From Camelus ferus (taxonomy: Eukaryota), in contig NC_045696.1 in NCBI RefSeq assembly GCF_009834535.1, positions 60,204,001-60,268,000 on the forward strand: a DNA stretch of 64,000 nt, in the 5' to 3' direction. Numbering within the stretch: position 1 is the stretch's first letter; each line of letters opens with the position of its first letter. The notes beneath the pieces are model-generated. The model saw only the letters and a program-made list of their open reading frames with translations. It was not told where the DNA came from and did not search any database. Positions 1 through 13,854 of this stretch are shown here, piece after piece. The translations under genes and the position numbers were made by a program.

Positions 1-959
1 ACCATCTTTCCCTCAGAAAGCATTCTTTTTTCTTTTCCTCTGTAGCTTTCAAAATTTGTCTACAGGCTGAGATGTGGCCATAGCACTCACGAGCAGATAC
101 AGGGCAGCATGCGCCTCTCCCGGGCCACTTCCTTTCAGTTCTGACATGAGGTGAGGCCCGTCAAGACTGAGTGAGGTATCTGCTTTCAGCTGTATGAGGC
201 TTCCAGCGGACTTCTGGATAACTAATGAACTCTCCTTGCTCCTAAGTTTAGCACTATCTTTCTGAGTGTTTATTATGAGTTACTCCTGCTAACACATGGC
301 ATTGCCTCTGGAACTGAGTTCTTTTTAAGATCAATGTAACTGACAAGGTGAAGACCATTAGAGGATGCTTTATATACCTGCCACCTGACTGTGGGTTGGG
401 ATGATGGGGACAATGCAGAGAGATCTTTAGGTTGAATGTTCCAGTTTCACTGGAAGAGGAGGAAGAGACCCAGACATGGGGAAAAACAGGCTCTACATCC
501 TCGCTGGGCATGCTGGGAGCCTGGCGGGGAAGAAGTATCCACTGGAGAGACGCGGGGCACACGTAGGGCATGTGAATGGAAAAGATGACCTACAAAAGGA
601 CCTGTTGTGGATAAGAAAGAGGGGTGGATAAAAATGTCTGCAGCCAGAGAGAGGTAATCTAGGAATTATGTGAGTTCTACAATCACAAAGTGACATTAAC
701 CACAAACAGAAGAATGGCGTAGAGGATGAGAATATAAAAGAAGATCTTAAATTGATAATAAGAGGGGAATGGTTAAGTAAATTATGGTATCTCCAGAGAG
801 GAGAATTCCACAGAACTGTCAAGAGTGACATTATAAGATCATGTAAATGAAAACAGTGCACAGTTTACTAGGTTTAAAAGCAGGTTACAAAACACTATAT
901 TCTGTGAGTATTTTTTGGGGGGTAAAAAATGAACTATTTATTTGCTAATGAAAGTAGAA

Positions 960-1335
960 ATAGACAAAAGGTATGAACAGACATTTTACTAAGAATATAC
1001 ACAGATGGCAAATAAACACATGAAAAAAATGCTCAACGTCATGAATCCTTAGGGGGATGCAATTAAAACTACTGCTTCCTTAAATTAAAACTTTAAGGAA
1101 ATTCAGAAGACTGACCCTATTAAGTATTGGCAACACTGTGGAAGCATTTTACATACCCCTGGTGGGTATATAAACGCAAACAACCATTTTAGGTCATAGC
1201 TTGGCAGTTTCATAAGTCAAACATTCACCTATCTATGACTTGGGCATTGTACATTGAGTTACTAATATAAGACAAGTGAAAATACATACATACGTATAGA
1301 ACTACACACAAATGTTCTAACACCTTTATTTACAA
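960..1335 (+). mobile_element. Old L1 3' fragment
   Basis: cagatggcaaataaacacatgaaaaaaatgctcaacgtcat...gcttggcagtttc. Confidence 0.7.
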
Positions 1336-1340
1336 CGGTG

Positions 1341-1515
1341 TAGTGCTTCTTCAACTCTGGTATGTATACAAATCTGTATATTCACTAAGTCTAGGGGTCT
1401 GCTTAAAATTCAGATTCTGACGCAACAGGTCTGGAGTGGAGAGGCCCGGAATTCTGCACGTGCAGCCAGCTCCTGGGAGATGCTGCTCCGGCAGGTCAGA
1501 GGGACCACACGCAGG
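1341..1515. mobile_element. MER5A-like hAT DNA transposon
   Basis: tagtgcttcttcaact...cagattctgacgcaacaggtctggagtgg...gaattctgca...gggaccacac. Confidence 0.65.
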
Positions 1516-2708
1516 GGCGAGGACACACACCAGGCTGTGAACAGCGACGTTTAATGGGTCATAAGACCGTTTATTTTAGTTTTCTTCTTCTCTTAAGTAT
1601 ATTTTCTAATTAATTTGGGTTAAAAAAAAGGAAAATTAATGGGCATGTGTTGTTTTTATGTAATGAAAAGACAAAATCCACTTATTTTAAAAAGAGAAAA
1701 AAGGTGAAGCAAGCCAGTGATGTCATGAGAGATATAATAAAACCATGAGGAGGAGCCTCGATAAAATTCAAATGAAGGAGGAAATGCACACGCCTAAGAA
1801 AAGGGTGGAGGGGCCGGGAGAAAGTGAGGGACATTTTGACAACAAGTCTTGAAGAGAATTCTGGGGCCACTGGACAAGTGGTAACAGAAGACTGGAATTG
1901 TTGGAATCTGAGGTAGAAACTGGAATATTTTACACGCAAAGAAAACGAAAAGGCGAGCAGTGGTAAGACAGGAGCAGACCTGGGCGGCCTTGCCGGGTGT
2001 ACATGGGAGCTCGGCTGGCCCGCACTACCTCAGGGACGCAGGGACTTGAGAGAAGGGCTTGTCCTGCCCTCTCCAGTTTGAAGGATATTCTCTGTGAGGA
2101 GCCACGAGTAGAATCTGGGCACAACTAGGAAGTCAATAGGGCCTTTTAGAGAGGCAGCCCAGAGGTTATGCCTACAGCCAGAAAGCTTCAGAGCTGGACG
2201 ACTCCCAGGAATGTAGGTGTGAGGGAGTCGCAAGACCACATGCTGGGCTGGGCAAAGCTGGGCCCCCTTCTCGTGGGGCTTGGGCAGAGTGTGAGCCCCA
2301 AGAAGTCTGCAGAGAGCAGCGTTTCTAGCCTACGAGAGACCCAGCCTGAGCCAGAGCCCCAAGAAGGCACTTACTGTCTCTGCTGGGGGCAGCAGAAGTG
2401 ACAGTGATGGGCAGGTCAGAACTATTTGACGCAAAACACCAAGTGACAAGCCACAGGCTTCACAGGGCGTTACCAGCACAGATGGGGATGAGACTCAGGT
2501 GTTCCCGATTCCTTAACCCACTCCAGGGCTGGTCTGAGGCCACAGAGAAAAGGGCAGGGGTCAGGTGCTACTTATCATCACCAACTGCTAACTGCTTTGC
2601 AGCACTCAAACCAATGCAGATATCAAAGTCGTAAAGTGATATTTGCACCATCGGAGTTAACCGGTCAGCAATAGAAGGTGGCCGGGAGCTAGCCATCCGA
2701 GGGGAAGT

Positions 2709-2722
2709 CTGCCCTCTGCTGG
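2709..2722 (-). promoter_or_regulatory. Candidate CTCF site
   Basis: Minus strand CCAGCAGAGGGCAG fits the core consensus CCASYAGRKGGCRS, in a locally CpG-retaining patch. Confidence 0.45.
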
Positions 2723-3048
2723 ACGTGATGCTGGTGACTCGAATAAAAGGGGAGGAAAAGAAGTCTCCGGATCCCTGAGAAATCCTGCTACTTCCAAGAC
2801 CCCACCCACAAAACTCAGAGACATAGGCGCCCAAAGAACAGTCAAAGGAATGTAGGGGTATTTTATCTCCATACAAATACAGTACTCAGTGATCTCTGAA
2901 AAACACATCGCTAACTGCCTCTTAGAACAATGCCCTGCAGCTCACTCCCCTTCAACCCTTTTTAGGGCTTTTCCCTATATCAGTTTGCCTTCTTCCATTC
3001 ACTGAGAAATACGCAGCATTTTCTAGTAAAACCTATTCAGGGAGCTGT

Positions 3049-3244
3049 TTTTTTTTTTAATGTATATATATATTTTTACTGAAGTGTAGTCAGTTTACTA
3101 TGTGTCAGTTTCTGGTGTACAGCATAATGCTTCAATCATATGTGAACATATATATATATTTGTTTTCATATTCTTTTTCACCATAAGTTACTACGAGATA
3201 TTGAATATAGTTCCCTGTGCTATACAGTATGAACTTGCTGTTTA
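3049..3244 (-). mobile_element. 5'-truncated L1 3' end (cetartiodactyl/camelid type)
   Basis: Poly-T, L1 3'UTR motif gaatatagttccctgtgctatacagta, TSD tcagggagctgt at 3037 and 3245. Confidence 0.82.
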
Positions 3245-3409
3245 TCAGGGAGCTGTCTGAGTAAAGCAGGTTAGAGGTACTGGCTCATTCTGTAAGTGGA
3301 CTTGCTGATAGGATCTCTCACCTCCTGCTCCCCGGCTCACCCCCGCACTGACCACTTCTCCACGCTCATCACCTGGGCTCACTCATGCTCCTAATAAACC
3401 GAGGACACC

Positions 3410-3528
3410 TGTGATATTGTGTCATAATGAGAAATATCTATCTAGCCTTCTCCCCCAGTTTCTGGCATAAGAGCATGTAAAACCCTTGGGATTTCTGAGT
3501 AGTGGGGTGAGAGGAGCATCTCCTGTTA
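3410..3528 (+). mobile_element. MER21-like ERVL LTR 5' fragment
   Basis: tgtgatattgtgtcataatgagaaatat...taaaacccttgggatttctgagt resembles the MER21 start as recalled. Confidence 0.55.
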
Positions 3529-4528
3529 AATAAAATCATGCCTACTCGTGGTCTAGTAAACTAAGAATATGGGCTGTTGGCACATTCGTCTACAGAATGA
3601 GTGACAAAGCTATCCTAAAATAAAGTATCGAGTGTTATTATTCCTGTTATGTCCTTTATCCCAGAATTTCTTTCAGCAATTTTGAGGGCGACTTCAATTC
3701 CTTAGGTCTCAATATAAGAGAATGTCAGTGAAAGTGATCTTAAGTGAATCCCAACTACTTTTCTTAAAGAACTGAATCAAGTGTGAAATGTGGCCTGTGC
3801 ACAGTCACCGCCACTCTGTACTTCAGGAGCGTAAACGTCAGCTAGGAGCAGCGGACCCCCGTCTATGTCCAGCCCAGACCCCGCTGTAGCGATGCTCGTC
3901 TAAAGGGCCCCAGGTTCTCCTGCATCCAGTCTGTCCTCACTGCAGCTTGACCTGATTTTCTTGATCAAACTGCTCTCCCGCTCTAAGGAAGGACTTGCTA
4001 GTTCCACGGTGGCTACTGATTAGAGTCTAAACTCTCAGGTTGACATCAAAACCCCAACAGTTTGGCCCCCACAACCTCTGCCGACTTGATCCCCTACTCT
4101 CCGCCAGCCTCTTTCTGTCCTCAGCCACGCTCACTTATACACTGTCCCTGGTAACCTCAGGCCCAGGCTGCCCAAGACCTTTGTTGAGGTGGTTCCCTCT
4201 GCCTGGATTCCTCCTCCCTCCTCACCTGCCAGTCAAAGTCTCCCCAGGAAGCACTCAGGAGGTTCTTCTCTTCTCCTCGGGCGTGGTCCCCCCCCCCCCG
4301 CCCCCACGCCTAATGTACTGATTAACACTCCACCGTCAGGCTACTGCGGAACGGGTTTATCTCCCCCAGGACCTCCAGCCCCTGGAGAGAGCTCTTGGCT
4401 TTCCTCCTGGCACGGGAGCGGAGAAGACGGCGGACTGAAGCTGAGGGCAAGGGGAGGGGACAGCCACCCTGCATGCCCACAGCTGTGCCCGCCCTGCCCA
4501 CACGGAGCTTGAGACTCTGCACACTTAC

Positions 4529-4566
4529 GGTTCCCACAGTTGAGACCACCAAGGCCGAACGGGCAA
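4529..4566 (-). CDS. HEG1: HEG1 exon 14 (38 bp)
   Basis: ttgcag|T TGC CCG TTC ... GGG AAC C|gtaagt; SCPFGLGGLNCGN. Confidence 0.96.
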
Positions 4567-4698
4567 CTGCAAGTCGACAGAGAAAAAGAACAAGAATTAG
4601 TTTCGATTATCAAAAGAAATAGCTGAGGCAATTTCCCTAAGTAATGTCTAAATAAGGTTTGGAACAAATTCATCGGAAGAAATGAGCACAGAGCCTAC

Positions 4699-4741
4699 CT
4701 CATACAGGTTTCATTTTCAAGCCTGTATCCATCTTCACACG
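4699..4741 (-). CDS. HEG1: HEG1 exon 13 (43 bp)
   Basis: ctttcag|CG TGT GAA GAT ... TGT ATG AG|gtaggc; ACEDGYRLENETCM. Confidence 0.96.
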
Positions 4742-4949
4742 CTGAAAGAGAAAAGGAAAAGCTATGAGTGTGTCTGACTTCCCTAGGCCCAAACTGACAG
4801 TCAATAAACACCAACCACCCTAACATCCTCAAGAAGATTCTAGTCAGAAGGCTGCAACTAGCTCTAGAATCATCTCCCACCTGGCCCAAATACTGCTGCC
4901 AGCTCAAAGCTTAGCTTTATCCAAAACATTTCTTAACCTCCTAGTGGCT

Positions 4950-5110
4950 CTCAGTTTCCCATCTATAAAAAAAGGATGATGATGATGGTGGAGGTGATGA
5001 TAATAATATCTACTTCATAGTTCCCTGGAGAGGATTAAGGAATAAGGCCTATGACTTAGCACAGCACCTGGCACACAGCAACCACTGACGAAATGTCTGC
5101 AGTTGTAACT
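4950..5110. mobile_element. MIR SINE
   Basis: ctcagtttcccatctataaaa...gaggattaa...cttagcacagcacctggcaca. Confidence 0.65.
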
Positions 5111-5887
5111 ATTATCCAACAAGTACAATTCTTTGTGGAAGCTCTGTGGCCCCTGTGTAACATCCTTCCGTCAACACAAGATAAATGCTCCACCTTCTCT
5201 AACATAAGTCAAATCTTTAACTGCTTTTGGCTCCACCAGCCCCCTTCCTTGAGGAAGTGAGAGCTGTAACATCTTCAGAGCCATGGTCCTAGGGTGGGGG
5301 GGTGCCCAGTTTTCATACGAGAACGCTCACCCTGCAGTCTGTGCAGGTGACTGTGGACTTGCCTAGATGAGCCCTAATCTTATGTCACTCAAGACTACAG
5401 CTCGGAGCCCTCTGGCAGTGCTGCTCATGGACCACTGCTTCCCTAAAGGCCTGTGGGCCAGCCATTCCCCTGCATCAGCAGTTCCTGAGTTTATCTGATC
5501 ATGGACGGTTTTCAACACTACAATAAGCTGACAGCACACCATGAGCTGTAACGCACGCTTGGATGAGAGCGGACAACACAAAATGGCCTCACAGACAAAT
5601 TCACTGCTGCAAGGAATGATAGAAATTTGATTCATGACTAATGTATGATATAGGATGCATACACGATCACAGGTGAGAAACGGCACCTAGCATAGAACAG
5701 CGATCCCTGGACAGACACCACACATGCTGACAGCGCCACGAGAGGCCAGCAGCACACGTGGCCCAGGGGCTGCACGCCCTGCGGGCTAGAGTGGGAGATG
5801 GCTCCCAGCCTGCCCGCATCCTCCGTTAAGGGTTGGTGCGTTATAATATTAACTACATAGATGTGCTTAACATTGTTCTTCCTTCTA

Positions 5888-6000
5888 TTTTTTTTTTTTT
5901 TGGTTTAAAAAAAATTTAGTTTTTATACAATTTTTAAAGGTAACACTTCATTTACAGTTACTACAAATACTGGCTATATTCCCGTGTTGTACAATACATA
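5888..6000 (-). mobile_element. Short L1 3' end insertion
   Basis: Poly-T, ...catttacagttactacaaatactggctatattcccgtgttgtacaata; TSD tcttccttctattttt at 5877 and 6001. Confidence 0.75.
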
Positions 6001-9000
6001 TCTTCCTTCTATTTTTTAAGGTTAGACACCAGGTGTCTCTAGCATCTATTTTGTTGTCACAGACTATCAACATATTGCTGGAGTTTTGTGGAATGGTTTG
6101 GAAAATTCTGTTCTAAATAATCTGTAAGTCTCTCACGGCAGATCATTAGAGCTGTGAACCGGGACTGCACAGTGCTGGCTCCACGGAGTCACTTTTCCTG
6201 AGCTACGTTCTCTTCATTAAGGGCATCTATTATTAGCGGCAGCCCTGGGGAGTCCCTGTGGTATTTCTGGCGGGCCATCACAGACCACACTGCCACAGTG
6301 CCACCAGGACCTTTGTGATGAGGCCGCACCAGAGAAACTGTTCCCGGGTCCCAGGCCCTGCAAGGATGGGGATGGTCCTGAACAACTCTAGTTTATGGTC
6401 CCCACTTGATTTCAAAATCACGATTCTCTCTGCTTCAGTGGCTGGGAAGCTCAGAACTTGAGCAAGAGGTCTATCTTTAGCAAACACATGGGAACTTACG
6501 GTCTATTTTTCTGCATATTCACTTTCCTTCCAGCCTCAATAAAGCAGTCGTTTTATTCCTCCTTCAACCTGATTTACCTTTCAAATCAAATCTCATTTTG
6601 TTACAGTGAATTTTCATTAGGTGCTTTGAATCTTTTTTGCAACAAGGTAGAGTATAATCACATTCCATTTCGGGAAGGAGGAAGGTGGCCCCTCTCCCAA
6701 ATCTTTTGAGACCTGTGAGTTCTCTGCTGGCCTCACTCAGGTGGGGCCTTGTCTGAGGAACCAGCTGAGCACTGCTGCCTCCCTGGCAGGGAAAGCACCG
6801 AGCCCCACCAGTCCCTGGTGCTATGGCCAGGTCGTGGGAGAGGGAGGAGCCGACCCTGGTTGACCCAGAGCCCTGCCTGCAAGGCTGGCTACCCCGGGAC
6901 TGCTGGCATCCCGGGGACTCACCCCCACCCATCTCAGCACTGAGGCAGGCTGACATCACATCAGTCTGTTCTATTCTGAACACTTCTTCCTGGAAATGTT
7001 TTTACATCAGCTCTACCCACCCATCCCTCATCTGCTGGGTGGAAGCTTTCCACCCCGGGGCTGTCATCCAGCCAGATGTAAGGTCCATCTGTTGTCCTGC
7101 CTGCGAGCTGATGTGTGGGGCTGTTTGCACGTAGCTTCAGAAGTGGCCTGACTTCCTGGTATAATGCTATTTCTTCATCTCAGATGAGCTTGGTCAGTCA
7201 TTCATCAAAGACTGAGGTGGGCCTGGCACTGCTCCAGGGGCTCTTGGAGGGAAAACTTGCCACAGGGCACCCCAGTGCGCCTTAGGACCAGATCCTCATC
7301 TCCACACCCTAGAGGGATCCTGACCCATGGAGCACTGAAGATGAAATGAGGTGGCAACGGCCAGCATACACGCGAACAGTGGGCTTCCCCTAATGATATG
7401 GAATACAGGCAAATCCAAGCCTTTGGGCCTTTTAAATAAAATCAGTAGGTGGTGGAGTCTTCCGAGGCTCTTTTCTTCTCTTGCAGGAAACCAAATCAAG
7501 ACCTGCCAATCTTGTCCTGTCATATTTGCTGGCCATCATCCATTTGTTCCTCCCACAGATGTCTGTGGCACCCCACAACGCACAAACATACTCTAGAGAC
7601 AAGCCTTCAAGGCGTATGCAGTGCACTCAGAGAGGAAGACCGGCAAACAGATGGCTGGGCTTCATCAGAATGCCTGCACGATGGAGGGGAGCTAAGGTGC
7701 CTATGGGAGGGACTCCTATTTTAACTTTATATGACGCTTTGAAAGTCTGGTAAAGACACTTTATATGAGACACAAAGAAGTGTCTGTGTGTGTGTGCACA
7801 ACAAAGAGTAATACGCACTTGCTACTGGATAGCTGTGAATTGCAGAGATTTAAAAAACATACCCACAGGCCCCTCTCCTCTGTTTCTCCATTTATACGGG
7901 GAACTGACACCAGGATTTGAAGTGTCCTTTTAACTACCCTTGTGCTCGAGCACCAATGGCCATAAGATGTCACTGTAACCCCCCAGAACCCAGCCGACAG
8001 GGCTGTGGCCCAAGCAGCTAGGGGATCCATTCATCAGAGCTCTAGGCCAGAGAGGAAAATCTAACCAACAGGATGCTGCAGAAACAGGGCTGAGGAGGGC
8101 CACAGCCACAAGCCCAAAAGGCAACCATGGTTTCCTTATGCTGCTTCTCAGGTCATTGCTTAACTAAGGCTGCCGGCGCCTGTGTCACTCACTGCACCTG
8201 GTAATCTGTGCTAGTGCTAATCTGTAAGCGGCGGTTATGAAATCGCTAACTTGGAAAGAGAGGGAAGCGGCTCAGGCCAGCTGGCTGCAGAGGGGCAAGG
8301 CCGCTAGTGAGGCCACCCGAGAGTGCGGAGGCCCCCAGCACACACGGATGGCCCATGTGCAGGGGATCAACGCCCCAGATTCTAAGATGGGCGAGGAACA
8401 CTTTGCATCAAACCAGAAGAGAAGAAACTCAGAAGTATCGTCTCTGCATCAAAGCGACAGAAGGACCGGGTGCTGAGGAGTGCTGTGAGCCTCACGCAGC
8501 AGGGCCGCTGCCCCAGCGAGTCGCCCTCCGCTTCACACCCGTCCCAGGCCTGCGGGCTTTCAAAGCTCAGGAGGAGAGTACTGCCCTGAGATGTATTTTT
8601 ATCCTCTCCTAACAGAACAAGTCCTCCTCTAACAGGAAGTCCTGACAAATATGTGGCGTGTCACCTCTCCCCAGGACGTGGTTTTTACTCAGATTCCAGG
8701 ACATCTGTCACCAGCAGGCGTTGACTGAGCAGGAAAACTGGGCCATACAGGTTCTCAAGTGATGTGAGGCTTAAAGCTGCATGATGCCTTTATGTTGCTA
8801 GTTTTCCTGTGATCCCAGATTGCAGCAGTGTTTCGTAAGTCAGGGTACCCAGTGCCCTGGGCTTGAATTCACTTTATTTTAAAGCAGTATTCTTGCAGTG
8901 CACTCACTGAGCAGCCTTCATCTCAAACTGAATAAATTTAATCCTCATTTAAGAGGTTAGCAGAGTTAGGATTCTTTAAAACCAGAAGTCATTGCTTTAA

Positions 9001-9104
9001 CAGCAACCTGAGTAAAACACAAGAGCAAGTGTCAATGGCTTAGGAAGTACCTGCGTAACCACTGCCCTCTCGGGTTCTTAGAATGTCCAATGACATATCA
9101 CCGC

Positions 9105-9200
9105 ACCCATTTCACAGAAGAGGAAACTCAGGCTCAGGGAGGCGAAGTGACTTGCCCGAGATGAGACAGGACGAGGCAGAGAAGGGCTCTGACTCAGGTG
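9105..9200. mobile_element. MIR SINE core
   Basis: cccatttcacagaagaggaaactcaggctcagggaggcgaagtgacttgccc. Confidence 0.7.
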
Positions 9201-9329
9201 TCCGAGCGGCCAGCTGCTGCTAGACGGTTCAGCCCTGACTCCATGCTGGTATTTTCATTTTAGAAGATTAGTGGACAAAAGAATAAAACTTTGGGAATTA
9301 AAACAATAATTTTTCTAACTTCCTGTAAG

Positions 9330-9393
9330 TAGAAAGAAAAAAGATGGGAGAAAGAAAGAAAGAAAGAAGGAAAGAAAGAAGGAAGGAAAGAAA

Positions 9394-9441
<48 letters not shown>
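9330..9441. repeat. (GAAA)n/(GGAA)n purine microsatellite
   Basis: Direct reading. Confidence 0.95.
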
Positions 9442-9442
<1 letters not shown>

Positions 9443-9699
9443 GGACAAGGACTTGCCATCCCAAGCATTCCATTCTCTGTTCTTTCCCTTTGAATCTGGT
9501 TGGCCAGGCCAGTGTGCACCAGTCAGAGATAATGCTATTATTCCAAGGAAATAATGTATTCAATCCTGCTGGGAGCAAAATAACCAGACCCGGTTAGCCC
9601 CAGACTAGAACAGTCACACCTAGAGCAGAGAAAGCGCCCCGGGCAGAGAAAAGCACCTCCGCGTCCCCCGGGCCACAGGACCCCAGACCCTGCAGGTAC

Positions 9700-9834
9700 C
9701 TCGGCAGGAGTGATCCATCTTGTTGAACTGGAAGTAGCCAGACTTGCACTGGCACAGGGCAACCCCGTCCAGATCGGTGCAGATGGAGGTCTCTTTGTCA
9801 CATTCTGGAGTCTTTCGCTTGCACAAGCTGCCCG
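9700..9834 (-). CDS. HEG1: HEG1 exon 12, EGF-like (135 bp)
   Basis: attctag|CG GGC AGC TTG ... TGC CGA G|gtacct; AGSLCKRKTPECDKETSICTDLDGVALCQCKSGYFQFNKMDHSCR. Confidence 0.97.
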
Positions 9835-12249
9835 CTAGAATGGAAAAACAAGACAGTGAAACAAAACAAAATCTCCTCCACTTCAAACATTAAGACGCGC
9901 AAACTTCCTATATCAAGAGGCTCGGAGAGCAGCTTTCCTGCATGGTGCGACGGTCCTCTCTGAGGTCCCCTCTGCACGGCCCTCTGCTATTCCTCCCCGG
10001 AGTCGGCCCCCCGGCCTGTTACTGGAAGTTCACACAGCATGCCACACGTCAGAAACCAAACCCAGAAGAAATGGGGTGCTGTCCCCAACTCCACTGTCCC
10101 TTGCAAACATGAACCTCGATGGGCAGCGTCCTCTGTGCCTTCACACTCAAGTACCGCAGGGGAGAATCGGCACAAACCCAGAAAGCGTGACCATGCTCCG
10201 TTAGGAAGACCTGGCTCAGCTGAGGTGTGTCCTGGCTTGGGTTCTGCCTGGCCAAAAGGGATGCAGCACCCCTCCATGGAAGGTAGCTCGCTGCCTAACA
10301 GACTTATTCCAAGGAGAGGTGTAGAGTGGCATGTAACGTTACTGTATGCCCCCCACAACACTGATGGCATCCTGGGGCTTGTCCGTCTCTGGGTGTTTAG
10401 TACCTTGTGGAGACTGGTCCACACACAGGGGCTGAAGGTGGCGTTGGACCATTGGTCATCGGGCCACCACTGAGAGGCAGAGGTGGCAGAGAGGAAGCTC
10501 AATCTTTCAGGCTCTGCCTCCTTCACTTTAGAGCCTTCGTTCTTACGGTACAGATATCCACCTGGCTTTGTCTGGCCCTGGGCATGGGGGCCATGATCAT
10601 TCCATGAGTGACAAAGAAGCCTTTGGCATTAACAAAAAGCGTTCATTGTTGCGCACGTGGCCCTCTCTGAGGTTGTATATAGTGGACACAATGAGGGTGC
10701 ATTTTAGCATCTAAGGTAGGTCTGGACAAAAAACGCACGCCATTTGGGTACACAGACAACAGAACAAAAGTATGAAGCCAACTGGACAGTGGGCAGTAAC
10801 TAATTCACACCATGCACAGGGCAAAGTGAGACCTCTGCCGTCCTCTAATGTGCCACCAGCACCTGGATCAGTGTCTGTCATACAAGAAGGTGCTCAACAA
10901 AAATGTGTTCAAAGGCTGTCTTAAAAAAAACCCCAAAAAACTGTGCCATTGTTTTCGGCAGGCACGAGCGAGTCCAAGAGGAGAGAGCCATGCACCCTGG
11001 GCAGTGAGCTGTGGGCTCCTTCTCCCCACCTTAAGGAAAACACCAGTCTATTCAGAAACCAGGGGCCAGTTTTTAACAGCAAAACTACCCCCACCCTGGC
11101 AGGTTCTCACCCACCCAGGGGCCCCAGCCTCCACACCTCCTTTTCTGTGTCCCGAGAGCATGGGGCTTATGGGTGGCTTGGTCACAGGGAGGTTAGTTTA
11201 GGACACACTTTAGCTTTCAGTGCTGAATTTCCTGTCTTTATCAGTGGAAGTTGGCATGCTAAATCAGAACCCTATTTGTGTCTGTGATAGAATTTCCTTT
11301 GTTTATTGTGAAAGGTTTGTATTTAAGGGAGAAAAATGAAAAATGGAAACTCTCACCAGGCAAACACTGTGAAGCTGGCACAGAGAGGTACTCAGTGGCT
11401 ACAGTCCCCCGTCTCAACTTTTTGAAGCATTAATATAAAGAAATACCTCCAGCACAAAAGGCTGCCCAGACCCGTGCTAGCTTGTCCGGCAGCCAGCCTG
11501 AGTTGCCTGGCCTGATTAGATATTTTCTGGAAGCCAGTCTCATGTTTCCCTCCACCGGGCCCACGGTCCCTGCCTGCTAGCTAGCACATACTGCTAGCCT
11601 CGCCGGGCTGAAGCAACCCTTCCCTGCACAGAAGAAGATCCACATGAAGGAAGGAAAGCTGGCCCTGCATCTGCGACAGAGGGGTGGCCGTCCTAGAAAT
11701 TTTTAAAGAGCATTCTGTCATCAGTCCATCAAACAGAGCCACGTAAATGCCCTTTTAATTTGAAACCCAGTGATGTGATTTTTCTGCATCCACCGTTCCC
11801 ATGGTCTTTCCTGGGCAAAACATCCGCCCAGCAGACAATGAGAATTTATGTAAATCTAAAGCTGGGACACTCCCTGGGGGATTTCCAAGGGCTCTAAACC
11901 TCTGGAGAGATGAGAGCTGCTGTTCTCTGAAAGGTGAGAAAGTAGATATTTTGTGAATTGAAGGGGAAAAGCCCTCCCTTCCAATGGCTGTGTGCAGAGT
12001 AGCCCAGGGCATCCCTGATGTTGGCAACACCCAGATGTCAGCACCTGACACCCAGCTCGGCCAGCACGCCTCTTCAGCACTCAAAAAGGAGAGTGAGAGA
12101 CCAAGTGGGGTGTGTTGGCAAACCTGGAGAAGCCCTGGTAGGGAAAACAGAGAAGTGAGGCTGTTTTCAGCCAAGATGCCTGGCTGTCTTTTGTTCTCAG
12201 GGGCTCAGAAAGAAGACGCAAAGAATGCAGACCAGCACGTGTCGGGGCA

Positions 12250-12325
12250 GGGGATATGTGGGAAATCTCTGTACCTTCCTCTTAATTTTGGTGTGAACCT
12301 AACACTGCCCTAGAAAAAAGTCTTC
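12250..12325 (+). mobile_element. L1MC/MD-like 3' terminal fragment
   Basis: gggatatgtgggaaatctctgtaccttcctcttaattttggtgtgaacctaa followed by A-rich tail. Confidence 0.6.
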
Positions 12326-13626
12326 TAAACAAACAAACAAACAAACAAAAAACCAAAAAACAAGAATGGGACCTCAGCAAGGAAGCAAGGAAGACAAGAG
12401 CTTTTCCACAAGCTGCATCGAGGCAGTCAGAAGAATGGGGGTCAGAGAGTGGGCAGGGCTGCCTGGGCAGGCTCTTACACATCCAAATACCTGGCCATTT
12501 GATTTGCAAGACATGAAATGTGTTTACTGGGGACAAAAAAGTAACTTGATAGAATGCTGATCACACAGGATGCACTCCATACGTGTTTAGTGAATTGAAA
12601 GGTCCCCTTCCTACTTTCTGGAGAGGAAAAACTGGGACCCTTGAATCACTGGCAAGAGAAGGAAAGTAAAACCAAAGATCTCCTGTCTCAAAGGTTAGCA
12701 CACAGTATAAAGGGGCATGGAACTATTTAGCTAATTCCCCAAAGAAACTGAATGATGGCAACTTCAACTCCAGAAAGTTTAGTTTGTTGTTTATTTCCCA
12801 AGTGAACAACTAGCCCTTAAATAAGCCAAAGTGCTAGCATTTATCCCAGTGTGAAAGGCTAACTCCCAGCTGCAAGCTCTGTCATGCACAGCGCACAAGG
12901 AGCGTTCTTGGGACCAGCTCTTACAAAGCCCGGGCCCGGAAATGACCTGGAAGTCCAGCAGACAGAGGACCAAGCCTGCTACCTACAACTTAGGTGCAGC
13001 ATCTGGGCACCAGATGGGGAGGTTCCCGCAGATTCCACATCCTTCCCGAGTCCTGAGTGTAGTAAAATGAGCCAAGCAGAGCCAGCTCTGACCACTTATG
13101 AGCCGCAGCAGGGGCCAGCCCCCCTGCATGAGGAAGCACTTCTGATTCCAGCAGAGTTTTCCCATCCCAGAGGCAAAACCTCCCTTCCAAGACCCAAATT
13201 TGCCTTCCAAAATTGTCTCAACTCCCTTTCTTCCTCTGCTTCCCACTAGATGCACTGTAGCAGCTTTCAATAAAACAGGGCAAGAACCAGAAAAGAGAAA
13301 TCACGAAAGGCACTGTGAGCCATCTGGCCTATAATCTTTGAGTCTTGTTTCTGTGCATTTAGGATTTGCAAATAAACATGCAAAAGGATGGATGATACTG
13401 CACATGCTTTTTTCCTTTTTTTTTTTTTTAACCTAATGGTATATCATGATGAAGGTTTGGGGTCACTGACAAGCATGTACATTCTCTGTGTGAACTGTCT
13501 CCCCAGAGAGAGCAGGAAACTTTCAAGGGAAAGAAGAGTGATTTCCACTTCCGATACTGATGCTTTCATAGAAGAAACAGAAACAGCATGCCAAGGACCG
13601 GTGGACCTCAAGGCTATGTGTGCAGG

Positions 13627-13628
<2 letters not shown>

Positions 13629-13671
<43 letters not shown>
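13629..13671. repeat. (TG)n microsatellite, about 21 units
   Basis: Direct reading. Confidence 0.97.
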
Positions 13672-13673
<2 letters not shown>

Positions 13674-13854
13674 GTCCGTGCATGAGCATACAAAGGTGCA
13701 CACACACAAAGGCCAATTCTTAACGCCCATTTCAAAGACAGGCTGTCTCTGTGATGTGCTTTCCTGGGCCTGAGCCCGGAATGCCTTACATTTCTACATC
13801 CTAGGTCTGTGCCTAACTGTATGGGTGGGTCCTCCCAGAGGGCCTCTCTCTTAC

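Noticed and set aside
1..4500. Search for the transmembrane exon 15
   Set aside because: No PYQLITVVIAAAGG-like coding sequence found; it presumably lies outside the window
9260..9578. Phe/Leu/Ser-rich ORFs (likewise HTHT/CVCV ORFs at 13.4-15.2 kb and the Lys/Arg ORF at 39.6 kb)
   Set aside because: Translations of microsatellites
9987..10526. 179-aa and 144-aa overlapping intronic ORFs
   Set aside because: No recognisable domain or exon context; expected by chance in GC-moderate intron
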